Assembly (NCBI GenBank): GCA_020425695.1
Contig: JAGQRE010000001.1
Span: 41,213 to 105,212 of the forward strand
DNA: 64,000 bases
Source: Planctomycetota bacterium
GTDB taxonomy: Bacteria; Planctomycetota; UBA8742; UBA2392
Direction of reading: 5' to 3'
Part shown: positions 51,781 to 62,051 of the stretch, piece by piece
How positions within the stretch are numbered: the first letter of the stretch is position 1
How the letters are laid out: the number at the start of each line of letters is the position of its first letter
Position numbers and translations under genes: made by a program
The notes under the pieces: model-generated
What the model saw: only the letters and a program-made list of their open reading frames with translations
Told to the model about the DNA's origin: nothing
Database searches by the model: none

Positions 51781-52655
51781 GCGGAGACATCAAGATTGAA
51801 CTGCCGGAGGCACGCCGTGATTCGCACCTGCGATCAGACGGCCCGGCAATCTCGGTCCGAGGGCTCGACAAGTCCTATGGCGACAACCATGTGCTGAATG
51901 ACATGTCGTTCGATTTTGAGCGCGGCAAGGTCTACGTGATCATGGGCCCGTCCGGCTGCGGCAAAAGCACACTACTGCGACACATGATTGGCGCAGAGCA
52001 CCCTGACGCGGGTGAAGTTCTGATTGACGGCATCGACATTCACGCACCGTCCCGCAGGGTCCGCGACGAAGCACGCCGCAAGTTCGGCGTGTTGTTCCAG
52101 AGCTCGGCATTGCTCAACGGGCTCACCGTCGCTGAAAACGTCGCTCTGCCTATCCAGCGCCACACGGATTTGCCTCAGTCCACAATCGACCTGATGGTCA
52201 AACTGAAGCTGGAACTGGTCGGCATGGGCAACGCGCTGGATAAGTACCCGTACGAGATCAGCGGCGGCATGAAAAAGCGCGCGGGGTTGGCCCGCGCAAT
52301 CGCCCTCGACCCGGCCATTGTCTTCTACGATGAACCCAGCGCCGGGCTTGACCCGGTAATGATCGGCGTGATCGACAAGTTAATCAAAGACCTGACCAGT
52401 AAGCTGGGCATTACATCCGTCGTGATTACCCACGAGATGCCGAGCATTTTCCGCATCGCTGACGAAGCAATCATGCTGTTTCAGGGGCGTGTCGTTTTCC
52501 GCGGCAACCCGGAGCAGCTCCGTACATCGAATGACCCGGTCGTGCGTCAGTTCATGAACGGAGACCCCGAGGGGCCGATCAACGCACCCCGCCAGTTGTC
52601 AGAGCTTTCCGAGCGGCTGATTGGATCGAACATACAGAACCAGATGAAATCATGA
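51777..52655 (+). CDS. mlaF: Mla ABC transporter ATP-binding protein
   Basis: Walker A GPSGCGKST, signature ISGGMKKR, Walker B IVFYDEPSAGLD. Start at ATG 51777 (4-nt overlap with mlaE). Confidence 0.85.
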   Translation: MSGDIKIELPEARRDSHLRSDGPAISVRGLDKSYGDNHVLNDMSFDFERGKVYVIMGPSGCGKSTLLRHMIGAEHPDAGEVLIDGIDIHAPSRRVRDEARRKFGVLFQSSALLNGLTVAENVALPIQRHTDLPQSTIDLMVKLKLELVGMGNALDKYPYEISGGMKKRAGLARAIALDPAIVFYDEPSAGLDPVMIGVIDKLIKDLTSKLGITSVVITHEMPSIFRIADEAIMLFQGRVVFRGNPEQLRTSNDPVVRQFMNGDPEGPINAPRQLSELSERLIGSNIQNQMKS

Positions 52656-53686
52656 GCCAGCCAGACGCCCAGCAGAAGCACTGGAACACCATCGCCGGTA
52701 TCGTGGCGGTTGTTGTTCTGTGCGTCGCCGCGTTCCTGACTATTGCGGCCGTGGCCATCAACGAAGTCAAAGAGGAACCACGGCAGTTCGCCATCTACGT
52801 AAAGAACGCGGGAAGCCTGGGTGTTGGTGATCCGGTCTATCTCAACGGGCGTCGCGTCGGACGGGTCGAAGTGGTCGAACTGGTCAAGCGTGAGGGCAAC
52901 GTCCTGGCACGGGTTGATTTCAGCTTGTACGACAGCGTGTCTGACCTCGAGTTCCCCGTAGACAGTAAGGTGATCGTTGTCGGTCCCGGGCTAATTTCCG
53001 GTCCGCGACTCGTACTGGGCTATGGGTCGACTCCCGAAGTCGTCGAAGCGGGAGGTGAGTTCAAAGATGCGACCGCCGCCGAAGAGACCGATCAGATCAG
53101 CAGCATGGCTGAGTCAGTTAGACACTTCGACAAACTGATCACTGAACTGGAAAAGACCATTGGAGACCCGGAATTCATCGAGGGAATTCAAGGTTCTGTA
53201 TCGCTGTTTCGTACCACGATGGACGAGCTGGTGGTTCGTATGAACGACTTGGCTCCCTCGCTTAGAAGCGGTAGAGAAGCCCTGGACGGCACACCTGAGA
53301 GACTCGAAGAACTTAGAGCTGAACTCGGGCAGAGTACGACCGACATCGGGCAACAACTCAACGACCTGCAGCAGGCGCTTGATGACGGCAGCTCCAGCAT
53401 GGATGAGTTGAACGAGCGACTCACTCGCGTTGGGGTTGAGTTGAGGGAGTACCAAACGCTCAGCGAAGAGGCGAGCGCAATGTCGAGTGACGGCGAGTTG
53501 AAACAGATGCTTTTGCGTGCTCGTTGGGAAGCTGCCTCTCTTGCAGCTCAGCTTGATGGAGCGCGGTATGACCCGAGCGCAGCCGGTGGCGATGCCGGCG
53601 CACAAAGAATTCGTGAGCGTTTTAATGGACGCAAGAAGGCGCTCGATCGCTTCGGCGGGGACACAGACATCAACGAGTTTGACTAG
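52652..53686 (+). CDS. mlaD: MCE-domain substrate-binding protein
   Basis: N-terminal TM plus MCE domain (YVKNAGSLGVGDPVYLNGRRVGRVEVVEL), coiled-coil C-terminus. Confidence 0.75.
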   Translation: MSQPDAQQKHWNTIAGIVAVVVLCVAAFLTIAAVAINEVKEEPRQFAIYVKNAGSLGVGDPVYLNGRRVGRVEVVELVKREGNVLARVDFSLYDSVSDLEFPVDSKVIVVGPGLISGPRLVLGYGSTPEVVEAGGEFKDATAAEETDQISSMAESVRHFDKLITELEKTIGDPEFIEGIQGSVSLFRTTMDELVVRMNDLAPSLRSGREALDGTPERLEELRAELGQSTTDIGQQLNDLQQALDDGSSSMDELNERLTRVGVELREYQTLSEEASAMSSDGELKQMLLRARWEAASLAAQLDGARYDPSAAGGDAGAQRIRERFNGRKKALDRFGGDTDINEFD

Positions 53687-53695
53687 AGGGAAGCC

Positions 53696-54775
53696 ATGGC
53701 CGCAAAATCCTCACGTTCTGACCTGATGACCGGGCTGTTTGCAGTCCTGGTTATTGCCTCGTTCTTTGGGACCGTGCTGTTTCTTCAGGCCTACAACCCC
53801 AAGCCTGACGGCAATCGATACTCAGTTCGGTTCTCGAACTCGGGTGGTCTGGGCGTTAATGCGCCGGTGTTAGTAGCTGGCCAACGCGTCGGGAAGGTCG
53901 AACAGATCGACGCCCGACCGATTGTCGATGCCGATGGATCACGCCGGGTCGAAATCATCGTGACCTTTTTCGTGAACGAGGAGTTCACGGACGTCGTCAC
54001 GATCCCCACAGACACGATCGCCCGCGTTCAGAGCGGCGGACTGTTCGGTGGTACGCAATTGGCCCTGGAACTTGGACAGGCCAGCGAAATCGTCAAACCT
54101 GGAGAGCGCCTGCCGAACGAAGGGCAGCGCCCGGTTGAACTCGGCGACCTGCTTGAAGCAGCGAACAAGACCATCGTCAAACTTGAGTCCGGGTTGAAGC
54201 GGGTCTCCGACTTGCTGGACAACCCTGAGACCACCGAGAACATCGCGGACGCCCTTCGCAGCCTCAAGAGTGCGCTAAAGACGTTTGACGAAGGGCTGAC
54301 TGAGATGAAACCGGCCTTCGGCAAGGTGGCCCCGACCCTGGAGTCAGCCCAGCTTCTGCTTGAAGAAATCCGCACGCTCGTCAACGACAACAATGCGAAC
54401 ATCACGAACACGCTGGCAAGCCTTGAAAGCGCCTCCGGCAAGATCGACTTGCTGCTGTCTGACGACGGCAATGGCGTACCGCAGCTGGTAAGCAACCTGA
54501 ATATAATTGCAGACAACCTCGACAAACTGATCGGGAACGTGAACGATCTTGTGCTCGACAATGAGCTGAACATCGCTGTCAGCCTTGAGAACGTGCGTGA
54601 AGCGACGGATAGCCTGCGTTACTTCGCCAAGCGTATTGAGAACGACCCAAGCCTGCTGATCTGGGGCGGCGATGAGACCGAGAACCCTGCCCTTGACGGG
54701 CCGCGTCCGATACCGAATGTTGACGAGTTGACGATCCGCAATTCCGGGCGTCGCCCGCGCAAGGAAAGTGACTAA
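53696..54775 (+). CDS. Second MCE-domain protein
   Basis: TM plus MCE domain (RFSNSGGLGVNAPVLVAGQRVGKVEQIDA), long helical C-terminus. Confidence 0.7.
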   Translation: MAAKSSRSDLMTGLFAVLVIASFFGTVLFLQAYNPKPDGNRYSVRFSNSGGLGVNAPVLVAGQRVGKVEQIDARPIVDADGSRRVEIIVTFFVNEEFTDVVTIPTDTIARVQSGGLFGGTQLALELGQASEIVKPGERLPNEGQRPVELGDLLEAANKTIVKLESGLKRVSDLLDNPETTENIADALRSLKSALKTFDEGLTEMKPAFGKVAPTLESAQLLLEEIRTLVNDNNANITNTLASLESASGKIDLLLSDDGNGVPQLVSNLNIIADNLDKLIGNVNDLVLDNELNIAVSLENVREATDSLRYFAKRIENDPSLLIWGGDETENPALDGPRPIPNVDELTIRNSGRRPRKESD

Positions 54776-54805
54776 CCGACGGGATAACCGCCGGAAGGAA
54801 ATAGT

Positions 54806-55720
54806 GTGAAGTCAAAAGTCAAAAGTATCGCTGCTGTAGGCCGCCGGTCGGCCAGAGTTCTCTTTTGCCTTTCTACTTTTGCCTTTCTAATTGCCGCTGC
54901 CACCGGCTGCGGTGGTGTGCCGCGCCTTTCGACCTTCGAGCAAGGCGTCGAGTACATCGACTACGCCGATTACCCACGCGCCATCGAGAAGTTCAAAGAG
55001 CACATCAAGCGCAACGGCGAAGACATGGCCGTCTGCTACAACCTTGGCGTCTGCTATCAGGATGAAGGCGACTACGACTCAGCCGTCCTGTGGTACGAGA
55101 AGGCGCTTGAGTACGACCCGCGCGACGGCGACACACTCGTCAACCTCGGTCTTGTCTATCTGGAGCAGGGACGCGACGTAGCCGCACTGGCACGCCTGAA
55201 GCAGGCAGCTGATGTTGAGAAGGATCGCGCCTACCCGCTTGTTGCGATCGCCATCTATCACCAGCGCACCGGCAAGCTCGACAAGGCTCGTGAGTTTTAC
55301 GACGAGGCCGCCAAGCGCGAAGAGAAGTCCGGCTACCTGTGGTACCACTACGGCACATTGCACGAACAAGACCAGCGCTTCGGGGATGCTGCACAGGCGT
55401 ATGAAAAATCGACTCAGTACGACTCAACCAACCCGGCTGCCTATGAAGGTGCCGCACGCGCGTATTACCGCCTGAGAAACTGGCGCAAGGCCGTTCAGAA
55501 CTACGAGTTCGCAATCCACCTGTTGCCTGATGATCCTCGGCTGTACATCGGCGCGGCGGATTCTCTTGAAGAACTAGGGCGCTTCCAACGCGCTGTTGAG
55601 TACCTGTGGGCCGCCCGTGGGCTCAGCAAGCACGACGATACGAAAGTGCACGCGCGCTTAATGCGACTGTATCCGAAGTTGATCGAGTCAGAGAAGAAGA
55701 ACGTCCCGGAAGCTGAGTAA
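54806..55720 (+). CDS. TPR-repeat lipoprotein
   Basis: Lipobox AATGCGG. Multiple TPR motifs (AVLWYEKALEYDPRDGD...). Confidence 0.7.
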   Translation: MKSKVKSIAAVGRRSARVLFCLSTFAFLIAAATGCGGVPRLSTFEQGVEYIDYADYPRAIEKFKEHIKRNGEDMAVCYNLGVCYQDEGDYDSAVLWYEKALEYDPRDGDTLVNLGLVYLEQGRDVAALARLKQAADVEKDRAYPLVAIAIYHQRTGKLDKAREFYDEAAKREEKSGYLWYHYGTLHEQDQRFGDAAQAYEKSTQYDSTNPAAYEGAARAYYRLRNWRKAVQNYEFAIHLLPDDPRLYIGAADSLEELGRFQRAVEYLWAARGLSKHDDTKVHARLMRLYPKLIESEKKNVPEAE

Positions 55721-55721
55721 C

Positions 55722-58061
55722 TTACGGATTGCGCGAGAACCAGTCTTCCCACGCCCGTTTGTTGATCCCGAAGTCCTTACCGTTGGCCAGCTTCCGCAAT
55801 GCTGATTGCGCGGCGACTTGCACCGAATTCTCCGGGTCAGACAATAGACGCACCAGTGACGGGTAGACGCTTCGTTCTCCGATGGTGCCCAGGGTATCAA
55901 TCACTGTCAGCTTGATAGCCTGATCATCCGGGTCATCAAGCATGGCCTTGACCTTGCTGACGGCATCGGTGGCTTTCAGTTTGCCAATTTCCATCAGCGC
56001 TGTGCTGCGCACACTCGTGCTCTCGTCGCTCAAGTGCTTGATCAAAGTCGGCAGCGAGTTCAGCCCGTCCCTGCGAGACAATAGACGCAGGTACTTGCTG
56101 CGGTGGCCGGCTTTATCCAGATCAAGCTCGACACCGTCGATCACGACACCGTTGACCGGATGTTCCGGTTCGTCTCTTTCTACTTCAGGGAGGTTGCGCG
56201 GCTGAGGACGGGCACGACGCTCCGTAACAGGTCCTGTTTCACTGTCGGGGCGATGAACGGTGTTGTAGCGGTAATAAACCTCAAGGCAGAGCACCGACAG
56301 CGCCGTGCTGTAGAAGTCGCCCATCAGCGGACCAATCCATGTATCAACGGCTTCCCAGGCGCCCTTGCGACTTCCCTTCAGGTCCTGATTCGCCAGCAGT
56401 TCTTTCTTGATGGCGTCATTCCATTGTTCCCACGCAGGCCCACGTCCTTCGTTCAGCAGGAACACGCCAAGCGTGCCGTAGTACCAACCGTAAAACGAAT
56501 TGAAGTTCGGGTTTTCGGAACTCTCGTTGGGCTCTTTCAGGTCTTTCCATGACGGCAACTTCTTCAGAAGCAAGCGCTCGGCGGCGTAGTTACGTTTCTC
56601 GAAACGCTCAGAGTCCAGCACGGTTCGTGAGGTCAGACCGACGCCGACCATCCCGATGCCCTTGCGCGTCCCGCTGATGCTTCCCGTGGCACGGTCGGCG
56701 TAGTAGGTCTCGCCGTTCGTGAGGCTGTGCCGGTCATACAGATCAGACAGAGACTTCCAGTTCTTTTCGTTGACCTTGATGCCCACGGCCTTCGCGCTCT
56801 TGAATGCCAGGGCGCCCCAGCCGCTGATCGACAGGTCGTTTCTCTCGATCCCGCTTCCCGTGCCTGTTATGTATCCGTTGTAGTCCCAACCGCCACCGTT
56901 GCCCTGCGTTCGTTCCAGGAATCGCACGGCGCGCTCGGCCGAGTTACCAATCTCTTCGTCGCCGGACATTCCGTAAGCCTCACACAACGCGAGCGTCGCC
57001 ACCGTGTGCGTGTACATCTGTGTGGCGTTCTTGTAAGCGACGCAACCATCGCTGGTCTGTTGGCTCATCAGCCAGTTGATCGCGCGCTCGACGTTCTTCT
57101 TGTACGGACCCGAATCGGGTGAGTTCCCGGCAGCGAGGAAGGGCAGGGTGCAAAGCGCTGTCAGGGCCCCACGGTAGCCGTTGTCGCTGGTTGCCCAATT
57201 GGGGCGTCTTCCGCGGTAGCCGTCGTTGGGGTCCCAACTGCCGTTGTGATCCTGAGTCCGCGCCAGGTACGCAAGCCCAAGATTGACTGCATTCTCAGTG
57301 TCCGAGCCGCCGCCGTGGGATTGGATGGCCGCAGCCTTGCTTTCTCCATTGCGGTTGCGAAACAACCCGCTGCCTGCGGGTGGGTTCGTGGCCGACGACG
57401 GTTGTCCACCACCGAGCCCCTTGCCGGCGTCAGGTCGGCGAAACGGGTTGTGAGAAGGCGGCGCCGGGTTCGGCGGCGCAACCTGCGGCAACGGTGCATA
57501 AACGTCATGCTCAGGTGGCGCTTCGTACTCGGGGTCCCCGGCCAAAATATCGGGATCTTCAATGACCTGATCCGGCATGATCATTTCGTCATCAAGCGGC
57601 TCAAAGTCAGGCACTTCAATTTCGTCAGGCTGCTCTGCGGCGACTGGTGCAGCAGCGATTTCTTCACGGACATCAACCCTTTGGACGTAGTCAACGACAT
57701 CACGAACGTGTTCGCCGAAGAACAACGCGATTACGAGAGCCAGTGCGTGGACAACAACAGCGATTCCGATGCTGTTCCAGGTCCAGCGCCCAATGGTCTT
57801 GGCAACTTCAATTGCGCGCTGCCCACGTGGCTTGCGGATGTTCTTGCCGCGAATCAGCTTCGGCTGGGCAAACTTCGGCAGCCGGACAGTCGATGCACGT
57901 TCAACACCCTCCACCTTCTCGACCCGCCCGTCGGAAAGCTCAAAACCTGCGGGGGACAGGCACAAATGGCACGGACGCCCTTCGTATGCGAGCTTGCTGC
58001 CGCATCGGTGGCATTTATCTGAGGTGGCTATGGGTGCTGCGATCATGCGTTGGAACCCCAC
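55722..58061 (-). CDS. Membrane protein with N-terminal zinc ribbon, prenyltransferase/squalene-cyclase-like (QxxDGxW) repeats and C-terminal HEAT repeats
   Basis: CHRCGS...CHLC, one TM, Pro-rich linker, repeated RTQDHNGSWD, QQTSDGCV and RTQGNGGGWDYN motifs, C-terminal HEAT/PBS-lyase-like repeats. Confidence 0.65.
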   Translation of the reverse strand: MGFQRMIAAPIATSDKCHRCGSKLAYEGRPCHLCLSPAGFELSDGRVEKVEGVERASTVRLPKFAQPKLIRGKNIRKPRGQRAIEVAKTIGRWTWNSIGIAVVVHALALVIALFFGEHVRDVVDYVQRVDVREEIAAAPVAAEQPDEIEVPDFEPLDDEMIMPDQVIEDPDILAGDPEYEAPPEHDVYAPLPQVAPPNPAPPSHNPFRRPDAGKGLGGGQPSSATNPPAGSGLFRNRNGESKAAAIQSHGGGSDTENAVNLGLAYLARTQDHNGSWDPNDGYRGRRPNWATSDNGYRGALTALCTLPFLAAGNSPDSGPYKKNVERAINWLMSQQTSDGCVAYKNATQMYTHTVATLALCEAYGMSGDEEIGNSAERAVRFLERTQGNGGGWDYNGYITGTGSGIERNDLSISGWGALAFKSAKAVGIKVNEKNWKSLSDLYDRHSLTNGETYYADRATGSISGTRKGIGMVGVGLTSRTVLDSERFEKRNYAAERLLLKKLPSWKDLKEPNESSENPNFNSFYGWYYGTLGVFLLNEGRGPAWEQWNDAIKKELLANQDLKGSRKGAWEAVDTWIGPLMGDFYSTALSVLCLEVYYRYNTVHRPDSETGPVTERRARPQPRNLPEVERDEPEHPVNGVVIDGVELDLDKAGHRSKYLRLLSRRDGLNSLPTLIKHLSDESTSVRSTALMEIGKLKATDAVSKVKAMLDDPDDQAIKLTVIDTLGTIGERSVYPSLVRLLSDPENSVQVAAQSALRKLANGKDFGINKRAWEDWFSRNP

Positions 58062-58104
58062 AGGGATGGGTTCAGGGCAAGTTCATTATCGCAGGTGTGT
58101 CGCT

Positions 58105-58422
58105 TTAGTAAAGCGTAAGTTCAAACGTTACATGCCCTTGCATCGCCAACCAGCCAAGCGCCGCAAGCATGAGCAGATTGGCGAAAACCACCGCGGCAGC
58201 CTTGAGCTGAAAGCTGCGCTTTTTCGTTTTATGCCTGAAATAGCGCATGCCCGCCAGCATTCCCAGCGCGCCCAGTGGCAGGCCCAGTAACAGCAGTGTC
58301 TTCTCGGGTGTGCGTGACTTGGCCTTCGTGCGGGCGAGACGCTTGTCCCAACCCTGCGCCGCGAACGCAACCAGATTGGTGACCAGCAGGACCAAGACGA
58401 CGATTCCAACGGGAAGGCTCAT
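58105..58422 (-). CDS. DUF1294-family membrane protein
   Basis: 105 aa. WDKRLARTKAKSRTPEKTLLLLGLPLGALGMLAGMRYFRHKTKK matches the DUF1294 pattern. Confidence 0.65.
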   Translation of the reverse strand: MSLPVGIVVLVLLVTNLVAFAAQGWDKRLARTKAKSRTPEKTLLLLGLPLGALGMLAGMRYFRHKTKKRSFQLKAAAVVFANLLMLAALGWLAMQGHVTFELTLY

Positions 58423-58448
58423 CGATTTTCACACGAAACCCGTGTGCC

Positions 58449-59608
58449 TTACTTGAGTGCACGAAGCCGCTTACAGGCTTCTTCCAGAATCGGCAGTTCC
58501 TTTGCGTAGCAAAAGCGCAGCAACTTGCTGCCGCGCCTGGACCCGGGCTCGAAGAACGCGCCGCCGGGGATCGCAGCGACCTTGGCGCGCTTCAGTAACT
58601 CACGGCTGGCCTCCTGGTCGTCATTCCAACCCAGCGCAGAGAAATCCGCCATCACGTAGTAGCTGCCCTTGGGCCAGTACGGCCTGAAGCCACCGGCTTC
58701 GAGTGCTTCACAGATCATCTCGCGTCCGGTTTCGTAATCCTTGCGCATGTCTTCGTAATAGCTGGCGGGCGCATCCAGCCCCTTCAGTACGCCTAGCTGC
58801 AAGGGATGGGGGGCGCAGATGTACAGCAAGTCGCTGGCGACGGCCGCCTTCTCCATGATGTCCGCGGGTGCCGCCAAATAGCCGATACGCCAGCCCGTAA
58901 TGCTGAACGTCTTGCTGTATCCGCCCAGCGTCATGGTGCGCTCGCGCATGCCGGGCACGGTTGCGGCGCTGACGTGTTTTAGACCGTCGTAGGTGATGTA
59001 TTCGTAGATCTCATCGCTGTAGACCAAGAGGTCGTGCTTTTCCGCCAGCGCGGCAAGCCATTCCAGGTCGTCACGTGAATACACCACACCGGCCGGGTTG
59101 CTCGGTGTGCAGATGATGACACCGCGGGTGCGCTCGTTGACCAGACCATCAAAACTTGACCGGTCAAGGGTCATGCTGTTGAGATCAATACGGGCAAAAC
59201 GCGGCGTGATGCCCGCCATGATCAACGTGTTCAGGTGATAGCCATAGAAGGGCTCAACCAGAATGACTTCATCACCGGGGTTCAGCGTCGCCAGCACTGA
59301 GCACGCGAACGCACCGCTGCTGCCGACCGTTACACACATCTCGGTATCCGGGTCGTATTGCAGTCCGTTGAACTGATTCAGCTTCTGACTGATCTTGCGG
59401 CGTAGCCCAATCAGCCCCCGCGCATGGGTGTAGATCGCCTTGCCGCTTTCGATGGCTTCAATAGCGCCCTGCTTCACCAACGGGTGCGTCGGTAGGTCGC
59501 AGATGCCTTGCCCAAGGTTAATGCCGCCCACTTTGTCGCATTCAATGGTCAGACGGCGGATGTCGGATTGCACCAAGTGCTGCATGCGGTCGGCGATGCG
59601 TGTCATAT
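58449..59608 (-). CDS. Class I/II PLP-dependent aminotransferase
   Basis: Fold-type I motifs (SDEIYEY, the SKTFSITGWRIGY lysine region). Start at the internal ATG 59608, overlapping the upstream UbiA-family stop by 4 nt. Confidence 0.8.
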
Positions 59609-60643
59609 CAGCTTTCTGAGCATGCTGCCGTAGAACTCGTAGGGGACGTAGGCCAGTACGAAACCTACCTGCAGGAAGATCATCATGTAGTACATGTGGC
59701 GCCAGGCTGGGTGATTTTCGGTTTGTGTCAGCGACTCCGGGTCGCTCAGTATCCGCGCAGCGACGTGTGCGCCCCATAATGTGCAGATCGCGCCTAGTGC
59801 AATCAGATCAATCAAGTGCCCGGTCAGCACGCCGATTAGTCCGCCCAGCGGAATCAGCAGGAACGGGAGCACAATGAACGGCGCAACGAACTTTGCTGCC
59901 TTCTCAGGCCCGTAAACTACAGGAAGCGTCTTCACGCCGTAGGCCGCATCACCGCGCACGTCGGCGAAGTCCTTTGTCGTCGTCGCGCCCAACAAGAACA
60001 GTCCCATGATCAGCCCGATGTACCAGGCTTCAACACTGAGAATACTCTGTGCCAACGACCACCCCGCCACCTTAAGCAAAGTCCCGCGCGGCAGTGCGAC
60101 CGTGACGTTGGCCCACCAGCCACGAGACTTCATACGCATCGGCGGCACACTGTAAGCCAGGCTGAAGAAGGTCGCGGCCGCAAACAGTGCAATCGTGCCC
60201 CAGTGCCCTGTCAGGGTGCTGACAACGCCGGCAAGAATCAGCGCCATGGCAGCCGTGATAGCCGCGAAGACACCGGCACCCATTGAGCTGACCGTGCCGG
60301 TACATAGCGGGCGTCCCGGCTTGTTGATGCGGTCAATATCGAGGTCAAAGATCTGGTTGAGTGCGTTGCTGGCCGCATTCAGCAAGGCGGCGGCAATCGT
60401 GCCGAGCAACAGTACTTTCAGGAACTCCCACCCAACGACAGCTTTATCGCCCACGGCAAAGAACGCGACGATACCCCCGGAAGCCATCCCCAAGGCCGGC
60501 GCAAGCAACGTGAAGGGGCGCGCGAGCTGCCAGTACCCCATCACCGTACGCCGCGCCCGGAAGCGCGAGACGATTTCATCGGATGGGAAGTAGGTGGCTG
60601 ACATCGCCGCCATGGTAGGGCACCGGCGCCAGCCTGTCAGCAT
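59603..60643 (-). CDS. UbiA-family aromatic/polyprenyl prenyltransferase
   Basis: NQIFDLDIDRINKPGRPL (NDxxDxxxD), multiple TM helices. The upstream terminator hairpin lies inside the track ORF N-terminal extension, so the start is moved downstream (60643, 60613 or 60604 all possible). Confidence 0.7.
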   Translation of the reverse strand: MLTGWRRCPTMAAMSATYFPSDEIVSRFRARRTVMGYWQLARPFTLLAPALGMASGGIVAFFAVGDKAVVGWEFLKVLLLGTIAAALLNAASNALNQIFDLDIDRINKPGRPLCTGTVSSMGAGVFAAITAAMALILAGVVSTLTGHWGTIALFAAATFFSLAYSVPPMRMKSRGWWANVTVALPRGTLLKVAGWSLAQSILSVEAWYIGLIMGLFLLGATTTKDFADVRGDAAYGVKTLPVVYGPEKAAKFVAPFIVLPFLLIPLGGLIGVLTGHLIDLIALGAICTLWGAHVAARILSDPESLTQTENHPAWRHMYYMMIFLQVGFVLAYVPYEFYGSMLRKLI

Positions 60644-60660
60644 TGCGGAGAATCCGTGAT

Positions 60661-60689
60661 GTAAAAAGCCCCGCCGAACTCGGCGGGGC
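60661..60689 (-). terminator. Intrinsic terminator after the M23 peptidase gene
   Basis: GCCCCGCCGA GU UCGGCGGGGC, a perfect 10-bp inverted repeat, followed by UUUUUAC on the minus strand. Confidence 0.55.
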
Positions 60690-60710
60690 TGTACCGGCAA
60701 TTCGATAGAC

Positions 60711-61967
60711 TTACTCCTCCAGAATCTTGGCCATCTTGATTCTGGTCAGCTTCTTGCGTATCTCGTCGTACTCGGTGTCGCCCTTCTTGTAGACGCCTTT
60801 CAACAGGCGGTAGTACTTCTCGGCCTCGTCCCAATCCTCGAACTTCTCGGCCTTGTGGGCGGCAATCCACCAGCGCTCGCAGCGCTGTTTGTTGACCCAG
60901 TCCTTGAACTTCGGGTCATCCTCAAGTTCCTTCAGCGCTTCATCAATACGACCCTTGGCGAAATCACCGTACTTCTTCTTGATCTCTTTCAGGCGTTTGT
61001 CGGCGCCCGCAAAGTCGCCTTCTTTGGCTTCCGCAACGGCCTCAGCGACTTCGGCGTCGATGATCACACGGCACTCGTCAATGCGCTCCAGCGAAGCTTC
61101 GTACTCTTCGATACGAACCTCGGTTACCGTGGCCGCCAGGTAGAAATTCAGCGCCGTCAGGTAGTCCTTCTTCTCGAACGCAGCTTCACCCTTCGCGAAG
61201 TTCGTCTTGATCTCGTGGATCTGCCCGTCGTCGGGGCCGGTGTTCTTCGACACGGGGTTCTGCCCGTACTGTGGCACACCGTTGTCGTTCTCGACTTCGA
61301 TGAAACGGCATGGGTAGTCGATCATTCCCTTCCAGATGCAGAAGTGCAGGTGCATCGACTCGTTGCTGCCCTGGCAGATCTTCTGGCCTGCCAAAACCTT
61401 GTCACCGATACTGACAAGCGCGGTGTTGCTGCCGTTGTGGGCATAGACGCTGACTTCGCCGTCGGCGTGTTCAATGTAGATGACGTTTGCGTTCTCGTTG
61501 CCGGCAGGCTGGTCGTCTACGACGTTGGTGACCTTGCCGTCGCGTGCCGCGCAAATGTACTCGCCGCGAATGATGTGAAAGTCCCACGCGTAGAAGTTCT
61601 GAGCCTTCATGTGTGTTGCGCGGGGCGGGCCTATCTTGTTGCCGTTCCAGCTTTGATAAACCTGGTGCCCGATACCCGCAGGCCACGGCAGGTAGTACTT
61701 CGCGGGCCACTGCAGCCCGACACCCTGCTTCTGTTGCCACGCCGCGATGCCCGGGCGATCGTCCGTGCTTGCCACAGAGACCAGTTTCTCGGTTTCGGCG
61801 TAAGCGGCTTCGAGTTCAGCTTCAGTAAGCTCGCTGTCGCCCTTCTTTGACTTCTGGGCAAACAGCGCTGGGCCAAATGCTGACGCGGCGACGGTCAGAC
61901 CAACGGCCTGCATCCAGGTACGACGATCACGGCGAAAATTTCGTGTGTCGGGGTTGCGTTCTGGCAT
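60711..61967 (-). CDS. M23-family metallopeptidase with a Tat-like signal and helical C-terminal region
   Basis: RRDRRTWMQAVGLTVAASAFGPALFA (twin-arginine). YAWDF (HxxxD-position) ... HLHF motifs of the LytM/M23 fold. Confidence 0.65.
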   Translation of the reverse strand: MPERNPDTRNFRRDRRTWMQAVGLTVAASAFGPALFAQKSKKGDSELTEAELEAAYAETEKLVSVASTDDRPGIAAWQQKQGVGLQWPAKYYLPWPAGIGHQVYQSWNGNKIGPPRATHMKAQNFYAWDFHIIRGEYICAARDGKVTNVVDDQPAGNENANVIYIEHADGEVSVYAHNGSNTALVSIGDKVLAGQKICQGSNESMHLHFCIWKGMIDYPCRFIEVENDNGVPQYGQNPVSKNTGPDDGQIHEIKTNFAKGEAAFEKKDYLTALNFYLAATVTEVRIEEYEASLERIDECRVIIDAEVAEAVAEAKEGDFAGADKRLKEIKKKYGDFAKGRIDEALKELEDDPKFKDWVNKQRCERWWIAAHKAEKFEDWDEAEKYYRLLKGVYKKGDTEYDEIRKKLTRIKMAKILEE

Positions 61968-62051
61968 GAAAACTCGGCCTTTTCTCCCAGCACGGCGCAG
62001 CAAAGCTCCCGAGTGCGCACTAACAGGTGTGTGCAGTATAACGGATTCTGC

